Positions 28,612 through 38,749 of a stretch of DNA of 64,000 nt are shown here, piece after piece; position 1 is the first letter of the stretch, and the number at the start of each line of letters is the position of its first letter. Source of the stretch: Deltaproteobacteria bacterium. Its GTDB lineage: Bacteria > Bdellovibrionota_B > Oligoflexia > Oligoflexales > Bog-1112. The position numbers and the translations under genes were made by a program. A model generated the notes under the pieces. The model was not told the origin of the DNA. It did not search any database and saw nothing but the letters and a program-made list of their open reading frames with translations. The stretch lies in the NCBI GenBank assembly GCA_947475005.1, contig CANJLI010000002.1:2256-66255 (forward strand). The letters are read 5' to 3'.

Positions 28612-30162
28612 TTACTCCCACTCAATCGTAGCGGGAGGTTTTCCCGAAACATCATAGACAACCCGAGACACATGGGAGACTTCGTTGAGAATGCGATTGG
28701 TCACATGCCCCAAGAACTCATAGGGCAGCTGACTAATGCGGGCAGTCATAAAGTCCACAGTTTCCACGGAACGAAGCGAAATTACATACTCATATTGACG
28801 ATTGTCCCCTACAACACCTACGGATTTTACCGGTAAAAATACAGCAAAAGCTTGACTCACCTTGTCGTACCAGCCAGCCGCTCGCAGTTCTTCTATAAAA
28901 ATAGAATCTGCGTGTCGCAAGATTTCTACATATTCACGTTTTATTTCCCCTAAAATTCGAACCCCCAATCCAGGCCCTGGAAAGGGATGCCTGAAAATCA
29001 TCTCTGGTGCCAAGCCAAGTGCAAGGCCCAACTTTCGAACTTCATCTTTGAAAAGGGTTCGAAGGGGCTCGAGTAAACTAAGTTGCATATGAGCAGGAAG
29101 ACCACCCACATTGTGGTGGGATTTAATCACCTTCGATTTGTTTCCATGACCCGCAGACTCGATCACATCGGAATAAATGGTGCCTTGAGCGAGCCATTTG
29201 GCTCCCTTCATCAGAGTGGCCTGTTGCTCAAAAACCGTAACAAATTCTCTTCCGATGATCTTTCTTTTCGCCTCGGGATCACTCACCCCTTCTAAGGCTT
29301 GAAGGAAGGTTTGCTCCGCATCCACTCGGATCACGCGAATTCCCATGTGATCCGAAAAGGTTTTCATCACCTGCTCAGATTCGTTTAACCGCAACAAACC
29401 GGTGTCTACAAAGATACACGTCAGCTGGTCTCCGATACTTTTATGGAGCAAGGCTGCCAATACGGAAGAATCTACACCACCGGAAAGCCCGAGTATGACC
29501 TGGTCGGAGCCGACCTTTTTTTGAATATCTTCTATTAACTCTTCAATGATGTTGCGCGAGGTCCAAGTAGAGACCCCTCCACAAATATCATGGATAAAAT
29601 GATCGAGAATTTCTTTGCCCTGATGGGTATGGGTCACTTCGGGATGAAATTGCACCCCGTAGATTTTCTTGCCCTCGTGAGCCATGGCCACAACGGGAGT
29701 ATTCTCGGAGGATGCCAGCACAACAAAGCCCTCTGGCACTTCCACCACTTGGTCACAATGGCTCATCCAGACCCCAAGGGCTCTGTCGATGGAGGCAAAC
29801 AAAGGAGAGGCGCCTTGGAGTTCGATTTGCATCGGACCAAATTCTTTTTTAGAGACCGATGCAACTTTTCCACCCAAGTGAGCTGCGATCGCTTGCATGC
29901 CGTAGCAAATCCCAAGAATGGGGATTTGCCCTTGCAAGAGGAACCCCGAAAGAGGCAGCGCATCTTCACCTGTGACTGATTCTGGGCCACCTGATAAGAT
30001 CACTCCCTTGGGAGCAAATTCTCGAAATTTTGCCTCGCTCATATCATAGGGATGCAACTCACAATAAACCCCCAGCTCTCGCACGCGGCGTGCAATTAGT
30101 TGGCTATACTGAGACCCGAAATCGAGAACGAGGATTTTGTCTTTGTGCATATTTTTATTCAT
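28612..30162 (-). CDS. guaA: GMP synthase (glutamine-hydrolysing)
   Basis: GATase domain (GICYGMQ, HPEV), ATP-PPase SGGVDSS, C-terminal ..KPPATIEWE. Confidence 0.95.
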   Translation of the reverse strand: MNKNMHKDKILVLDFGSQYSQLIARRVRELGVYCELHPYDMSEAKFREFAPKGVILSGGPESVTGEDALPLSGFLLQGQIPILGICYGMQAIAAHLGGKVASVSKKEFGPMQIELQGASPLFASIDRALGVWMSHCDQVVEVPEGFVVLASSENTPVVAMAHEGKKIYGVQFHPEVTHTHQGKEILDHFIHDICGGVSTWTSRNIIEELIEDIQKKVGSDQVILGLSGGVDSSVLAALLHKSIGDQLTCIFVDTGLLRLNESEQVMKTFSDHMGIRVIRVDAEQTFLQALEGVSDPEAKRKIIGREFVTVFEQQATLMKGAKWLAQGTIYSDVIESAGHGNKSKVIKSHHNVGGLPAHMQLSLLEPLRTLFKDEVRKLGLALGLAPEMIFRHPFPGPGLGVRILGEIKREYVEILRHADSIFIEELRAAGWYDKVSQAFAVFLPVKSVGVVGDNRQYEYVISLRSVETVDFMTARISQLPYEFLGHVTNRILNEVSHVSRVVYDVSGKPPATIEWE

Positions 30163-30204
30163 CAGTGGAACTTTCTTGGATGAACTCTGGTCCAGGGGCT
30201 CAGG

Positions 30205-30284
30205 GGATCGGGTCCACCTACCGAATTATTGGAGATGGAGGCATATGCCTCCATCTCCAATAATTCGGTAGGTGGACCCGATCC
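30205..30284. repeat. 80-bp perfect nested palindrome
   Basis: ggatcgggtccacctaccgaattattggagatggaggcatatgcctccatctccaataattcggtaggtggacccgatcc. Shares layers with 2225-2309 and 9908-10001. Confidence 0.9.
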
Positions 30285-30290
30285 AATTTT

Positions 30291-30394
30291 TTATCGAGAT
30301 CCCATACGGCTGCTGCGCAGCCTTGGGATGACAGGACGGCTGCTGCGCAGCCTTGGGATGACAGGACGGCTGCTGCGCAGCCTTGGGATGACGG
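30291..30394. repeat. P-module right half with the 30-bp arm unit in three tandem copies
   Basis: ttatcgagatcccatacgg followed by cggctgctgcgcagccttgggatgacagga three times (30307, 30337, 30367; last copy ends ..gatgacgg). Abuts the guaB stop. Confidence 0.85.
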
Positions 30395-30406
30395 AGATTT
30401 TGTCTT

Positions 30407-31870
30407 CTATTCATTCAACCAATAGTTGGGGGATTCTTTGGTTATGCTTACATCATGCACATGGCTCTCTTTAACCCCTGCGCTGGTTACCTGCACAAAT
30501 TCGGCTTTGGTGCGAAGATCTTCAATGGTAGCACATCCCGTGTATCCCATACCGGAGCGAAGGCCGCCCATCAATTGGTGTACAATGTCAACGATGCGGC
30601 CCTTGTAAGGCACACGCCCTTCGATGCCTTCAGGTACAAATTTTTGTGTGCCCTCTTTCTCATCTTGGAAGTAACGATCGCTTGATCCTTGACGCATCGC
30701 CCCTAAGGACCCCATCCCTCGATAGGACTTATAGGAACGACCCTTGTAGAGTTCGATATCCCCCGGAGATTCTTCAGTCCCTGCAAACATGGAACCCAAC
30801 ATCACAGAGTTAGCTCCTGCTGCAATGGCTTTTACCAGGTCCCCGGAGTAGCGAATACCTCCATCTGCAATAACCGTCACTCCACTACCTTGTACCGCTT
30901 GGGCCACATTGGAAATCGCAGTAATTTGGGGTACCCCAACGCCAGAAACAATACGCGTGGTACAAATGGATCCTGGCCCTATTCCCACCTTGACACCATC
31001 TACGCCAGCTTCCATCAAAGCCCGAGCCGCATCTGCTGTAACGATGTTCCCCCCGATTACTTGCACATCGGGAAACTGTTGCTTAAGCCATCGGATCTGC
31101 TCCAACACACCCCTTGAATGTCCGTGGGCAGTGTCTACTACGAGGATATCCACACAGGATTGAATGAGCGCCTGAGCCCGCTCTTTGCTTGTATCATCGG
31201 TACCGATAGCAGCTCCCACGCGCAGGCGCTGCTGACTGTCTTTGCAGGTATATGGCTTTTCTTCGGCTTTTCGAATATCGGTTGCGGTGATCATCCCTCG
31301 CAATTCAAAGTACTCATTTACAATCAACACTTTTTCAATGCGATGTTTGTGTAAAAGCTGGATCACGTCCTCTCGATCGGTTCCCTCTCGTACGGTAACG
31401 AGGCGATCTTTGGGTGTCATGACAAGAGATACCGGCTTGTCCAAATTGGTTTCAAATCGAATGTCACGACTGGTTACAATACCGAGTAGGGATTTTCCCT
31501 CCACCACCGGCATACCCGAAACCCGATGAAATTTGGAGAGAGCAAGGAGCTCACCTACAGTCGTATTGGGTGTCACCGTAAGGGGATCTTTTACAACCCC
31601 ACTTTTAAATTTCTTTACTTTCCGAACTTGTTCCGCTTGGGCTTCCACGCTCATATTTTTGTGAATGATCCCAATTCCTCCCTCTTGCGCGAGAGAAATT
31701 GCCAACCGCGCCTCGGTAACCGTATCCATGGCTGCAGATAGCAACGGAATCTGTAACATGATGTCACGAGTCAAATAGGTCTGTAAGGCTACATCTCGAG
31801 GTAAAGTTGAAGATGCAGCTGGAAGCAACAACACATCGTCAAAAGTAAAAGCTGGTTCTTTCATGCGCAT
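30407..31870 (-). CDS. guaB: IMP dehydrogenase
   Basis: [11 protein letters not shown]-terminus, tandem CBS insert, catalytic [11 protein letters not shown] loop, GGIRYSGD. Confidence 0.95.
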   Translation of the reverse strand: MRMKEPAFTFDDVLLLPAASSTLPRDVALQTYLTRDIMLQIPLLSAAMDTVTEARLAISLAQEGGIGIIHKNMSVEAQAEQVRKVKKFKSGVVKDPLTVTPNTTVGELLALSKFHRVSGMPVVEGKSLLGIVTSRDIRFETNLDKPVSLVMTPKDRLVTVREGTDREDVIQLLHKHRIEKVLIVNEYFELRGMITATDIRKAEEKPYTCKDSQQRLRVGAAIGTDDTSKERAQALIQSCVDILVVDTAHGHSRGVLEQIRWLKQQFPDVQVIGGNIVTADAARALMEAGVDGVKVGIGPGSICTTRIVSGVGVPQITAISNVAQAVQGSGVTVIADGGIRYSGDLVKAIAAGANSVMLGSMFAGTEESPGDIELYKGRSYKSYRGMGSLGAMRQGSSDRYFQDEKEGTQKFVPEGIEGRVPYKGRIVDIVHQLMGGLRSGMGYTGCATIEDLRTKAEFVQVTSAGVKESHVHDVSITKESPNYWLNE

Positions 31871-32003
31871 AATTTTTTCCCTACAAAGCTGTATAGGTGG
31901 ACTGGCTATCGTTGTGTACTATGGAAAATTTGAAAAATAAACCATAGTTTCCCTCTTTTTTTTTCGGTACACTTCCCTATACTCCCCTCTTGCAAGGTGC
32001 TAT

Positions 32004-33212
32004 ATGGAACCCTCTGCCTCTTTGGCCGAAGACAAATCGACAGCTTATGGCGCTCCGCTCGCCTTACTTACGGTACTCTTCTTTGCCTTCGGATTTATCA
32101 CCGCACTCAATGACATCCTTGCTCCCCATCTCAAGGAACAATTTGCCCTGGACTATACTCAAACCATGTGGGTGCAGTTCACCTTTTTCTTTGCCTATGG
32201 CGTTGTTTCCATTCCCGCAGGTACTTTGATTACGCGAATTGGCCACCAAAAAAGCATCGCCCTGGCGCTCCTCATCTCTGGCTGCGGTTGCCTGCTCTTC
32301 TACCCAGCTGCGGCCTACCACCGCTACGAACTTTTTCTCCTCGCTCTCTTTTGCCTGGCCTCTGGCATTACGCTGTTACAGGTGGCCAGCAACCCGTATG
32401 TTGCGGCTTTGGGCTCTGAGGCAACTGCTTCAAGTCGCTTGACTCTCACCCAGGCGTTTAATTCCTTGGGCACCACGCTGGCTCCTTATATAGGTGCTAC
32501 CTTAATTCTGGCAACTGCCATACCGAGTCATGCCACCATCCAACGGTTGTATCTTGTACTTGCCGCTTGCTTTTTCGCCCTCGGGATCCTGATCTTCCTA
32601 AGCGCACTGCCCACCCTCACTACGGCAGCAGAGTTGGATACAAGACGCATCACCAAAAATCCGCTCTGGAAAAATCGCACTCTCCTAGGGGGCATCCTCG
32701 GGATCTTTGTATATGTGGGCGCCGAAGTTTCCATCGGCAGTTTTTTAGTAAACTATCTCTCGCACCCTACCATCGGCAACTTACCCGTGGCAGAAGCGGG
32801 CAAGTGGGTCTCCTTTTATTGGGGCGGTGCCATGATCGGGCGATTCTTGGGCGCCTACGTACAGCGCATCGTACAACCGGCTCGTGTGCTCAGCCTCTAT
32901 GCGCTATGCGCCATCGCGCTGATCTTGGTTTCAATGTCGACGCAAGGCCTGGTAGCAGCCATCGCCATTTTATCCGTGGGATTTTTTAACTCCATCATGT
33001 TCCCTACGATTTTTACCTTGGCCCTATCCGGCTTAGGCCCACAGGCCGCAAAAGGCTCTGGATGGCTCTGCACCGCTATTGTCGGCGGGGCTATCATCCC
33101 TCTACTTCAAGGCATGGCTGCAGATCAGCTCGGTCTTCAACACGCCTTTTTTATTCCTGTACTCTGCTACGGTTACATCGCCTACTACGGTTTTAAAAGG
33201 ATGGCACGATGA
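32004..33212 (+). CDS. MFS sugar transporter, glucose/galactose (FucP/GluP-like) family
   Basis: 402 aa with 12 predicted helices. FFAFGFITALNDILAPHLK motif is typical of the FucP/GluP subfamily. Confidence 0.82.
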   Translation: MEPSASLAEDKSTAYGAPLALLTVLFFAFGFITALNDILAPHLKEQFALDYTQTMWVQFTFFFAYGVVSIPAGTLITRIGHQKSIALALLISGCGCLLFYPAAAYHRYELFLLALFCLASGITLLQVASNPYVAALGSEATASSRLTLTQAFNSLGTTLAPYIGATLILATAIPSHATIQRLYLVLAACFFALGILIFLSALPTLTTAAELDTRRITKNPLWKNRTLLGGILGIFVYVGAEVSIGSFLVNYLSHPTIGNLPVAEAGKWVSFYWGGAMIGRFLGAYVQRIVQPARVLSLYALCAIALILVSMSTQGLVAAIAILSVGFFNSIMFPTIFTLALSGLGPQAAKGSGWLCTAIVGGAIIPLLQGMAADQLGLQHAFFIPVLCYGYIAYYGFKRMAR

Positions 33213-34255
33213 CGATTCGCACGCTCACTGACGCAATACTGGGGATCGATATTGGCGGAACTAAAACCGCATTTGGATTTGTTTCTCTAAAGGGAGACCT
33301 GCTCGGATCGGCTCGCATGCTCACAGAAGCGAGTCAATCCTCGGGCCCTTTTTTTACCCGTCTTCATGCTGCGGTGGAGCAGTTACAAGCAGAACTTCCC
33401 ACGCCTATTCACCTGCAAGGCGTCGGCGTAGGGGCTCCAAATGCCAATTTTTTTACGGGTGAGATGGTCAATCCCCCCAATCTGCCTTGGGGTGTCGTAC
33501 CGGTAACAAAGATTTTATCCGACTCTTTCCAAGTCCCTTGCTGGTTAACCAACGATGCAAAAGCTGCGGCCTTGGGAGAATTTATCTTTGGTGATGCCAA
33601 AGGGTTGCAAAATTTTATCGTGATCACCATCGGAACGGGACTGGGCAGTGGCATCATATCCAATGGGCAACTGGTGTACGGGCACGATGGATTTGCAGGA
33701 GAAATCGGACATACGATCTACGATCGTCAAGGACGAGAGTGTGGATGTGGACGTCGAGGTTGTCTCGAAACCTATGTATCGGGACCCGGCTTAAAGCGAA
33801 CGGCATTTGAATTGCTGGCCACCAAACGGACCGCTTCCTCCCTCCGCAACCAGGCTTTTGAAAGTCTTACGGCAAAAAATATTTATGAAGCAGCTCAAAA
33901 GGGAGACCCTATCGCACTAGAAGCTTTTGATTATACGGCACATGTACTTGCCGCCAAACTTGCAGACACCATCGCCCACGTAAGCCCCAGCCATATCTTC
34001 TTCTGCGGGGGATTGACCCAAGCGGGCGAGCTTCTATTTGATCCTTTGCGACGATATACAGAAACGTGTCTTTTGGATGTATATCAAGGTAAGGTGCACT
34101 TATTGCCTTCCGCCTTGCCACCGGGGCATGCGGCCATTTTAGGGGCTGCCGCCTTGTTTGTATCAAAAGGAGAGACTCGATCATGCAATCCTCCATTGAA
34201 CACCTCCTCACACTCGACTACATCCAACTCGCAACGCCTATCTTCCTCCTTTTAA
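33209..34255 (+). CDS. ROK-family sugar kinase (glucokinase-like)
   Basis: GIDIGGTK, ROK zinc motif CGCGRRGCLETYVSG. ATGA overlap with the transporter. The C-terminal ~25 aa look like read-through overlapping the next gene. Confidence 0.85.
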   Translation: MTIRTLTDAILGIDIGGTKTAFGFVSLKGDLLGSARMLTEASQSSGPFFTRLHAAVEQLQAELPTPIHLQGVGVGAPNANFFTGEMVNPPNLPWGVVPVTKILSDSFQVPCWLTNDAKAAALGEFIFGDAKGLQNFIVITIGTGLGSGIISNGQLVYGHDGFAGEIGHTIYDRQGRECGCGRRGCLETYVSGPGLKRTAFELLATKRTASSLRNQAFESLTAKNIYEAAQKGDPIALEAFDYTAHVLAAKLADTIAHVSPSHIFFCGGLTQAGELLFDPLRRYTETCLLDVYQGKVHLLPSALPPGHAAILGAAALFVSKGETRSCNPPLNTSSHSTTSNSQRLSSSF

Positions 34256-35247
34256 TCGGTATCGAAGTTGCGTACTGCTATCTGTATAATCTCCCGTATT
34301 ACCGATTCAACGATTCCATTTCGAGCTTGAGTTGTGGCATGTCTCAACAGCTGTGCGTCCACTTTACCTATGCCACTACACTGGGGAGTTATCGATGGAT
34401 TCAAGACCACCACGGGCTCTTGCGCTTTTCTTCCCTCTCTACTTTTCAAACTTTACTAGCAGGGATCACGCTACTTCTCGGGGTTGATTTTTGTTACTAC
34501 TGGTTTCACCGAATCGCACATCATAGCAATCTCGGATGGGCCACACACATCGTGCACCACTCCAGTGAAGAGTACAATCTCACCACGGCATTGCGACAAG
34601 GGGCTCTCCAGCATTTTTTCTCTTTCATTTTCTATCTCCCTCTCGCTTGGATTGGATATCCTCCTATTTGGTTTGCTTCTATGGTAGCGTTCAACACCGT
34701 CTTTCAATTCTGGGTGCACACTCGCACCATTGATAAGCTACCCGCTTGGATCGAGTATATTTTTAATACACCCTCCCACCATCGGGTCCATCACGGACAA
34801 AATCCAGAGTACTTAGATAAGAATCATGCAGGGATTTTAATTATTTGGGACCGATGGTTTGGTACTTTTGTTCCTGAAAAGGCACCCGTTCAATATGGAA
34901 TTACCACCCCGCTTCACAGCTGGCATCCTATCTGGAGCCAAGTACATTACTTTTCTTCTCTATGGGAGCAGATGCAAGGTGTACCTCGATTGCAAGACAA
35001 GCTACGGGTTTGGTACAAAAACCCAGGATGGACCCCACAGGGAACTCCCACGCCTACAGCGAGTTATGCAGAGAAATTTAACCCTATTGTGCCAATGACA
35101 AATCTAAAATGGGCACTGGGGTGGTTTGCCATTGCTCTACTTTTTTATTTGCCCTTTCAAAGCGTATCTCCATTTTTACAGCTTCTCTTTACACCGGTGG
35201 TGGTCGTGTGTTTGATTAAAAGTGCCTCACGGCTTACCCATATTTGA
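34183..35247 (+). CDS. Fatty acid hydroxylase / sterol desaturase superfamily membrane protein
   Basis: Three His boxes: HRIAHH, HIVHHSSEEYN, HHRVHHG. aaggagag 8 nt upstream of the ATG. Confidence 0.8.
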   Translation: MQSSIEHLLTLDYIQLATPIFLLLIGIEVAYCYLYNLPYYRFNDSISSLSCGMSQQLCVHFTYATTLGSYRWIQDHHGLLRFSSLSTFQTLLAGITLLLGVDFCYYWFHRIAHHSNLGWATHIVHHSSEEYNLTTALRQGALQHFFSFIFYLPLAWIGYPPIWFASMVAFNTVFQFWVHTRTIDKLPAWIEYIFNTPSHHRVHHGQNPEYLDKNHAGILIIWDRWFGTFVPEKAPVQYGITTPLHSWHPIWSQVHYFSSLWEQMQGVPRLQDKLRVWYKNPGWTPQGTPTPTASYAEKFNPIVPMTNLKWALGWFAIALLFYLPFQSVSPFLQLLFTPVVVVCLIKSASRLTHI

Positions 35248-36423
35248 CTCTTTCACTTGAGTCAATAAAGTGGCTGCATGGGACCAACTCAGCACACGTC
35301 CTGTCTTTCGGTTTTGATCTTCCTCACCTCCATAAATCACATACCCAAGGCTTGGGTCTACCGAGGCAATATCGGACCATCTAGTAAGGTTTTTGAAAAA
35401 ATCCTTGTTGATAGTTTCTCCCGATTTTATTTCGATGGGGATCAGCTTTACACCAAGATCGATAAGTCCATCGATTTCTAATGTGCCATTTTGATCCCTC
35501 CAAAAATAAAGAGAAGGACGTAATCCTTGGTTGTAATATTGCTTGTACAAATCCGATATAATCAAACATTCAAAAAGGGCACCTCGGAAAGAACTCAGTA
35601 ACAAATCCTTCGCAGAGGAAATTTCTAACAAGGAACATACAAGACCAGTATCATAAAAATATAGCTTTGCATTTTTCGTAATTCTTTTATTGAAATTATT
35701 GAAATAGGGTTTTAATAGAAAAATAATATAGCTGGCTTCTAGCACAGATAGCCATTTATCGATGGTACGTCGATCGACTCCACAATTTGTCGCAAGATCT
35801 GTTACATTAATCTGTTGTCCCACTCGAGCTGCACATAATTGCATAAACTTCTGAAAGACATGAATATCTCCAATATTGGCAAATTGTCGAACATCCCGTT
35901 CGATATAAGAATGAATATAAGAAGGCAGCAGCTCTACGGGAGAAAAAGATTCTGCGTACAATCGTGGATACCCACCGTTAAAAATAGCCTCATGGGGGGT
36001 TTTGACTAGGGTGTGCTGAAGAAGTTCATGCAACGACAAAGGCAGCAAGGTCAAAATCCCAACGCGTCCAGCCAAAGATTGTGTAATTGCTTGATTCATC
36101 AAGAAATTATGGGATCCTGTGAGAACAAAATATCCAGGTCTTTTCTTTTCATCAGAATCCACTTGTATGTAGGAAAGAAGTTCTGGAACATACTGAAATT
36201 CATCAATAATAATACCGATTGGATTTTCAAGTTGTTTTAAAAACCCTTGGGGATCGTTGGCAGCAAACGCCCTCTGCTGCGGATTTTCCAAAGAAACGAA
36301 GCGATGGGCATGGAAAACCGTTTTTACGAGAGTCGTTTTTCCCGATTGACGAGGCCCCAACAAGGCCACAACCGGGAATTTTGCGAATCGTAACAGGGAC
36401 TTCTCTAGATCTCTTTGGAACAT
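35227..36423 (-). CDS. AAA+ ATPase with DUF4143-type C-terminal domain
   Basis: Walker A GPRQSGKTT, Walker B IIIDEFQ. The overall 398-aa layout matches the COG1373 family as I recall it. AT-rich gene. Confidence 0.82.
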   Translation of the reverse strand: MFQRDLEKSLLRFAKFPVVALLGPRQSGKTTLVKTVFHAHRFVSLENPQQRAFAANDPQGFLKQLENPIGIIIDEFQYVPELLSYIQVDSDEKKRPGYFVLTGSHNFLMNQAITQSLAGRVGILTLLPLSLHELLQHTLVKTPHEAIFNGGYPRLYAESFSPVELLPSYIHSYIERDVRQFANIGDIHVFQKFMQLCAARVGQQINVTDLATNCGVDRRTIDKWLSVLEASYIIFLLKPYFNNFNKRITKNAKLYFYDTGLVCSLLEISSAKDLLLSSFRGALFECLIISDLYKQYYNQGLRPSLYFWRDQNGTLEIDGLIDLGVKLIPIEIKSGETINKDFFKNLTRWSDIASVDPSLGYVIYGGEEDQNRKTGRVLSWSHAATLLTQVKESNMGKP

Positions 36424-36438
36424 CTGCTGGCCCCCTTC

Positions 36439-36483
36439 AAATCCGTGCTAAATTCACATTTATTGATAAATTAGCACGGATTT
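36439..36483 (-). promoter_or_regulatory. 13-bp inverted repeat in the leader of the AAA+ ATPase gene
   Basis: aaatccgtgctaa (36439-36451) and ttagcacggattt (36471-36483) with a 19-nt spacer, 16 nt upstream of the start codon. Operator or 5'-UTR hairpin. Confidence 0.3.
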
Positions 36484-36547
36484 ATAAAAAGGGCTACCAA
36501 ATGTATAAAGTTATCTGGGGACGCCCGGCGCGGGCATCCCCTCTTGT

Positions 36548-37279
36548 TTATCCCTTCTGCCATTTTTTGCGGGCTTCGGTTGCATAATCGAAGACCTTCT
36601 GATCAACGCCCCAGTTTTTCAAGGCACCGGTTTGATTTTGTTCGTAGGCCTTGTCAAGATTTGATTCAATCCCCTTGTCACCTCCCGTAAACAAGTCGAT
36701 GTACCTTTGCGCCTCTTCAGCTAGGAGTTTCACTTTTTTGTCAGAAGTAGACAGGCCCTGATTCATTGCATCTTCAAATTTTTTGAAAAGCACGGGCCAT
36801 GCCGCTTCGACCTTTTTGATTTCTGCAGGATCGGACTGTTCAAGGCGAGATTTCAATTTCTTCAATTGATCGGGTGTATACATAGTTTCCATTTCTTTTA
36901 CCTCTTTCATACATAAAAACAGTTCTTGGATCGGTACGCTTTTGTCTTGCGTAAGTTTCATCAACAGAAAGTGAAGCCTCTGATCGATCTCTTGAAATTG
37001 TTGGATCTTCGCTACAATGGCAGACTTATGCAGAACCAGTGTTTTTTGAAGGTCGTACGCCTCTTCATCCAAACACCGAGCGATTTCGGGTAGTGACATC
37101 CCCATGCTCTTTAACGAAATCACTTGCTGCAATCGTTCCACATCCTGTCGATTGTAAAGCCGATGACCAGACTCCCGCCCTGGGCTAGGGGTAAGAAGCC
37201 CAATCGCGTCATAATGATGGAGACTCCGCACAGTAACGCCAGTCGCCTTTGCCAATTCCCCAATTTTCAACAGTTTCAT
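36548..37279 (-). CDS. MerR-family regulator with TipAS-like C-terminal domain
   Basis: MKLLKIGELAKATGVTVRSLHHYDAIGLL (MerR HTH). Long helical C-terminal half as in TipAL-type regulators. Confidence 0.85.
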   Translation of the reverse strand: MKLLKIGELAKATGVTVRSLHHYDAIGLLTPSPGRESGHRLYNRQDVERLQQVISLKSMGMSLPEIARCLDEEAYDLQKTLVLHKSAIVAKIQQFQEIDQRLHFLLMKLTQDKSVPIQELFLCMKEVKEMETMYTPDQLKKLKSRLEQSDPAEIKKVEAAWPVLFKKFEDAMNQGLSTSDKKVKLLAEEAQRYIDLFTGGDKGIESNLDKAYEQNQTGALKNWGVDQKVFDYATEARKKWQKG

Positions 37280-37382
37280 CGATTCACCTCTTGTCGATAT
37301 CTTCAGTTCTAAATCCTGACGTTACGGTAGGTGCAAGCAAAAAATTACATTTTTATAATGCCGTATGTATTTCAAGTCTTGT

Positions 37383-37421
37383 GTCATCCCAAGGCTGCAT
37401 AGCAGCCGTATGGGATGACGG
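37383..37421. repeat. Minimal P-module hairpin
   Basis: gtcatcccaaggctgcatagcagccgtatgggatgacgg. Confidence 0.8.
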
Positions 37422-37477
37422 AAATTACACCAGGGGACCTAGGGAGGCAACGCGAAGCAATCTGAAGCCCCTCGCTT

Positions 37478-38746
37478 CTACTGGATCCCACCGGCCATAT
37501 CGAAAATTGGTAGATACATAGCAAGTAAGATAAAGGCGACGATGCCACCGATGCTCACGATCATAATGGGCTCGATCATGGACAGCATGGCTTGCACAGC
37601 AAGGTCTACCTCTTCTTCGTAGAATTCACTTACCTTCTCGAGCATTTCATCCAAAGCACCTGTAGTTTCTCCCACAGCCACCATGGACACCACCATCTCT
37701 GGAAATATATGCCCCTGCCCCAAGGGTTCTGAAAATTTCTGTCCTTTTTCGACTCCAATGCGTACGTTCAACACGAATTGTTCAATGACCAAATTCCCGG
37801 CAGAAGCCGCACAGATGGTGAGCGCCTCCAAGAGGTTCACCCCGGAAGTCAACATGCTTGCCATGGTGGAACAGAAGCGCCCCACGGCAATTTTACGCAA
37901 CAACAACCCAATCCCAGGCACCCACAGGATGAAACGGTCAAACAACAAGCGTCCTCGAGGCGTTTGGATCCCACGACGCAGGAGCAAAATACCCGCACAC
38001 AATCCACCCGTGAGCGACGTCCAGTTTGTACCCAACCAGTTGGAGACCGAAATCACCATCTGCGTTAAAAAAGGCAGCTCTCTGCCATTCTCTGCGTACT
38101 GTTGTGCAAAGGTTGGCACCACAAAGACCAACAAACCGATTACCACCGCGATGGCTACCATCACCACCATCACCGGATAGATCAAGGCAGCTTTCACCTG
38201 GCTTTTTACCTTGGTCGAACGTTCGATATAACTCACCAGCTTCAGCAAAATGGTATCCAAATGTCCACTTACCTCACCAGCCCCCACCATAGCCACATAG
38301 AGGGAGTCAAAGATGGTAGGGAAAGAAGCGAATGCCTCGGAAAGCTTGGATCCGTTTTCTACAATTTTTTGAATCTTGAGCAAGGTATGTTGAAAGGTAG
38401 AGTTGGACTGCTGGCGCGCCAATATGCCCAGAGCCTGAATCATGGGAACCCCGCTCTTCATCATCACAGCCATTTGCTTGGTAAATACAGATATTTCCTT
38501 GGCTGAAGGGGCTTGCTGTGTCAATCGAATCTGAATGTTGTCGTTTCGATCGCGATAAATCCAACGCCCGACAATGGGAGTTTCTTCCATGTCCACATCA
38601 TCTTCTGCTGTGAATAACTTGATCGAGATGGGTTGCATTTTCATACGAAGCAAATTAGCTCGTACATTGGATCGATCTTTGGCTTTGATCTTCCCCTCTC
38701 GCGTGGTGCCATTTTTGAGTTGGGCTTTGTAGACAAAGATAGCCAT
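37478..38746 (-). CDS. pilC: Type IV pilus / T2SS platform protein (GspF/PilC family)
   Basis: 422 aa, duplicated GspF domain, three TM segments. Immediately downstream of pilB. Confidence 0.9.
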   Translation of the reverse strand: MAIFVYKAQLKNGTTREGKIKAKDRSNVRANLLRMKMQPISIKLFTAEDDVDMEETPIVGRWIYRDRNDNIQIRLTQQAPSAKEISVFTKQMAVMMKSGVPMIQALGILARQQSNSTFQHTLLKIQKIVENGSKLSEAFASFPTIFDSLYVAMVGAGEVSGHLDTILLKLVSYIERSTKVKSQVKAALIYPVMVVMVAIAVVIGLLVFVVPTFAQQYAENGRELPFLTQMVISVSNWLGTNWTSLTGGLCAGILLLRRGIQTPRGRLLFDRFILWVPGIGLLLRKIAVGRFCSTMASMLTSGVNLLEALTICAASAGNLVIEQFVLNVRIGVEKGQKFSEPLGQGHIFPEMVVSMVAVGETTGALDEMLEKVSEFYEEEVDLAVQAMLSMIEPIMIVSIGGIVAFILLAMYLPIFDMAGGIQ

Positions 38747-38749
38747 GGC

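Noticed and set aside
30307-30394. Tandem 30-bp repeats considered as a possible CRISPR array. The same applies to 46824-46916.
   Set aside because: The units are directly adjacent with no unique spacers. They are arm fragments of the P palindrome, and no cas genes are in the window.
31871-32003. Looked for a purine riboswitch or other leader upstream of guaB.
   Set aside because: No purine-riboswitch core could be found by eye. Only a short actatgg/ccatagt hairpin in a divergent promoter region was seen, which is not enough to call.
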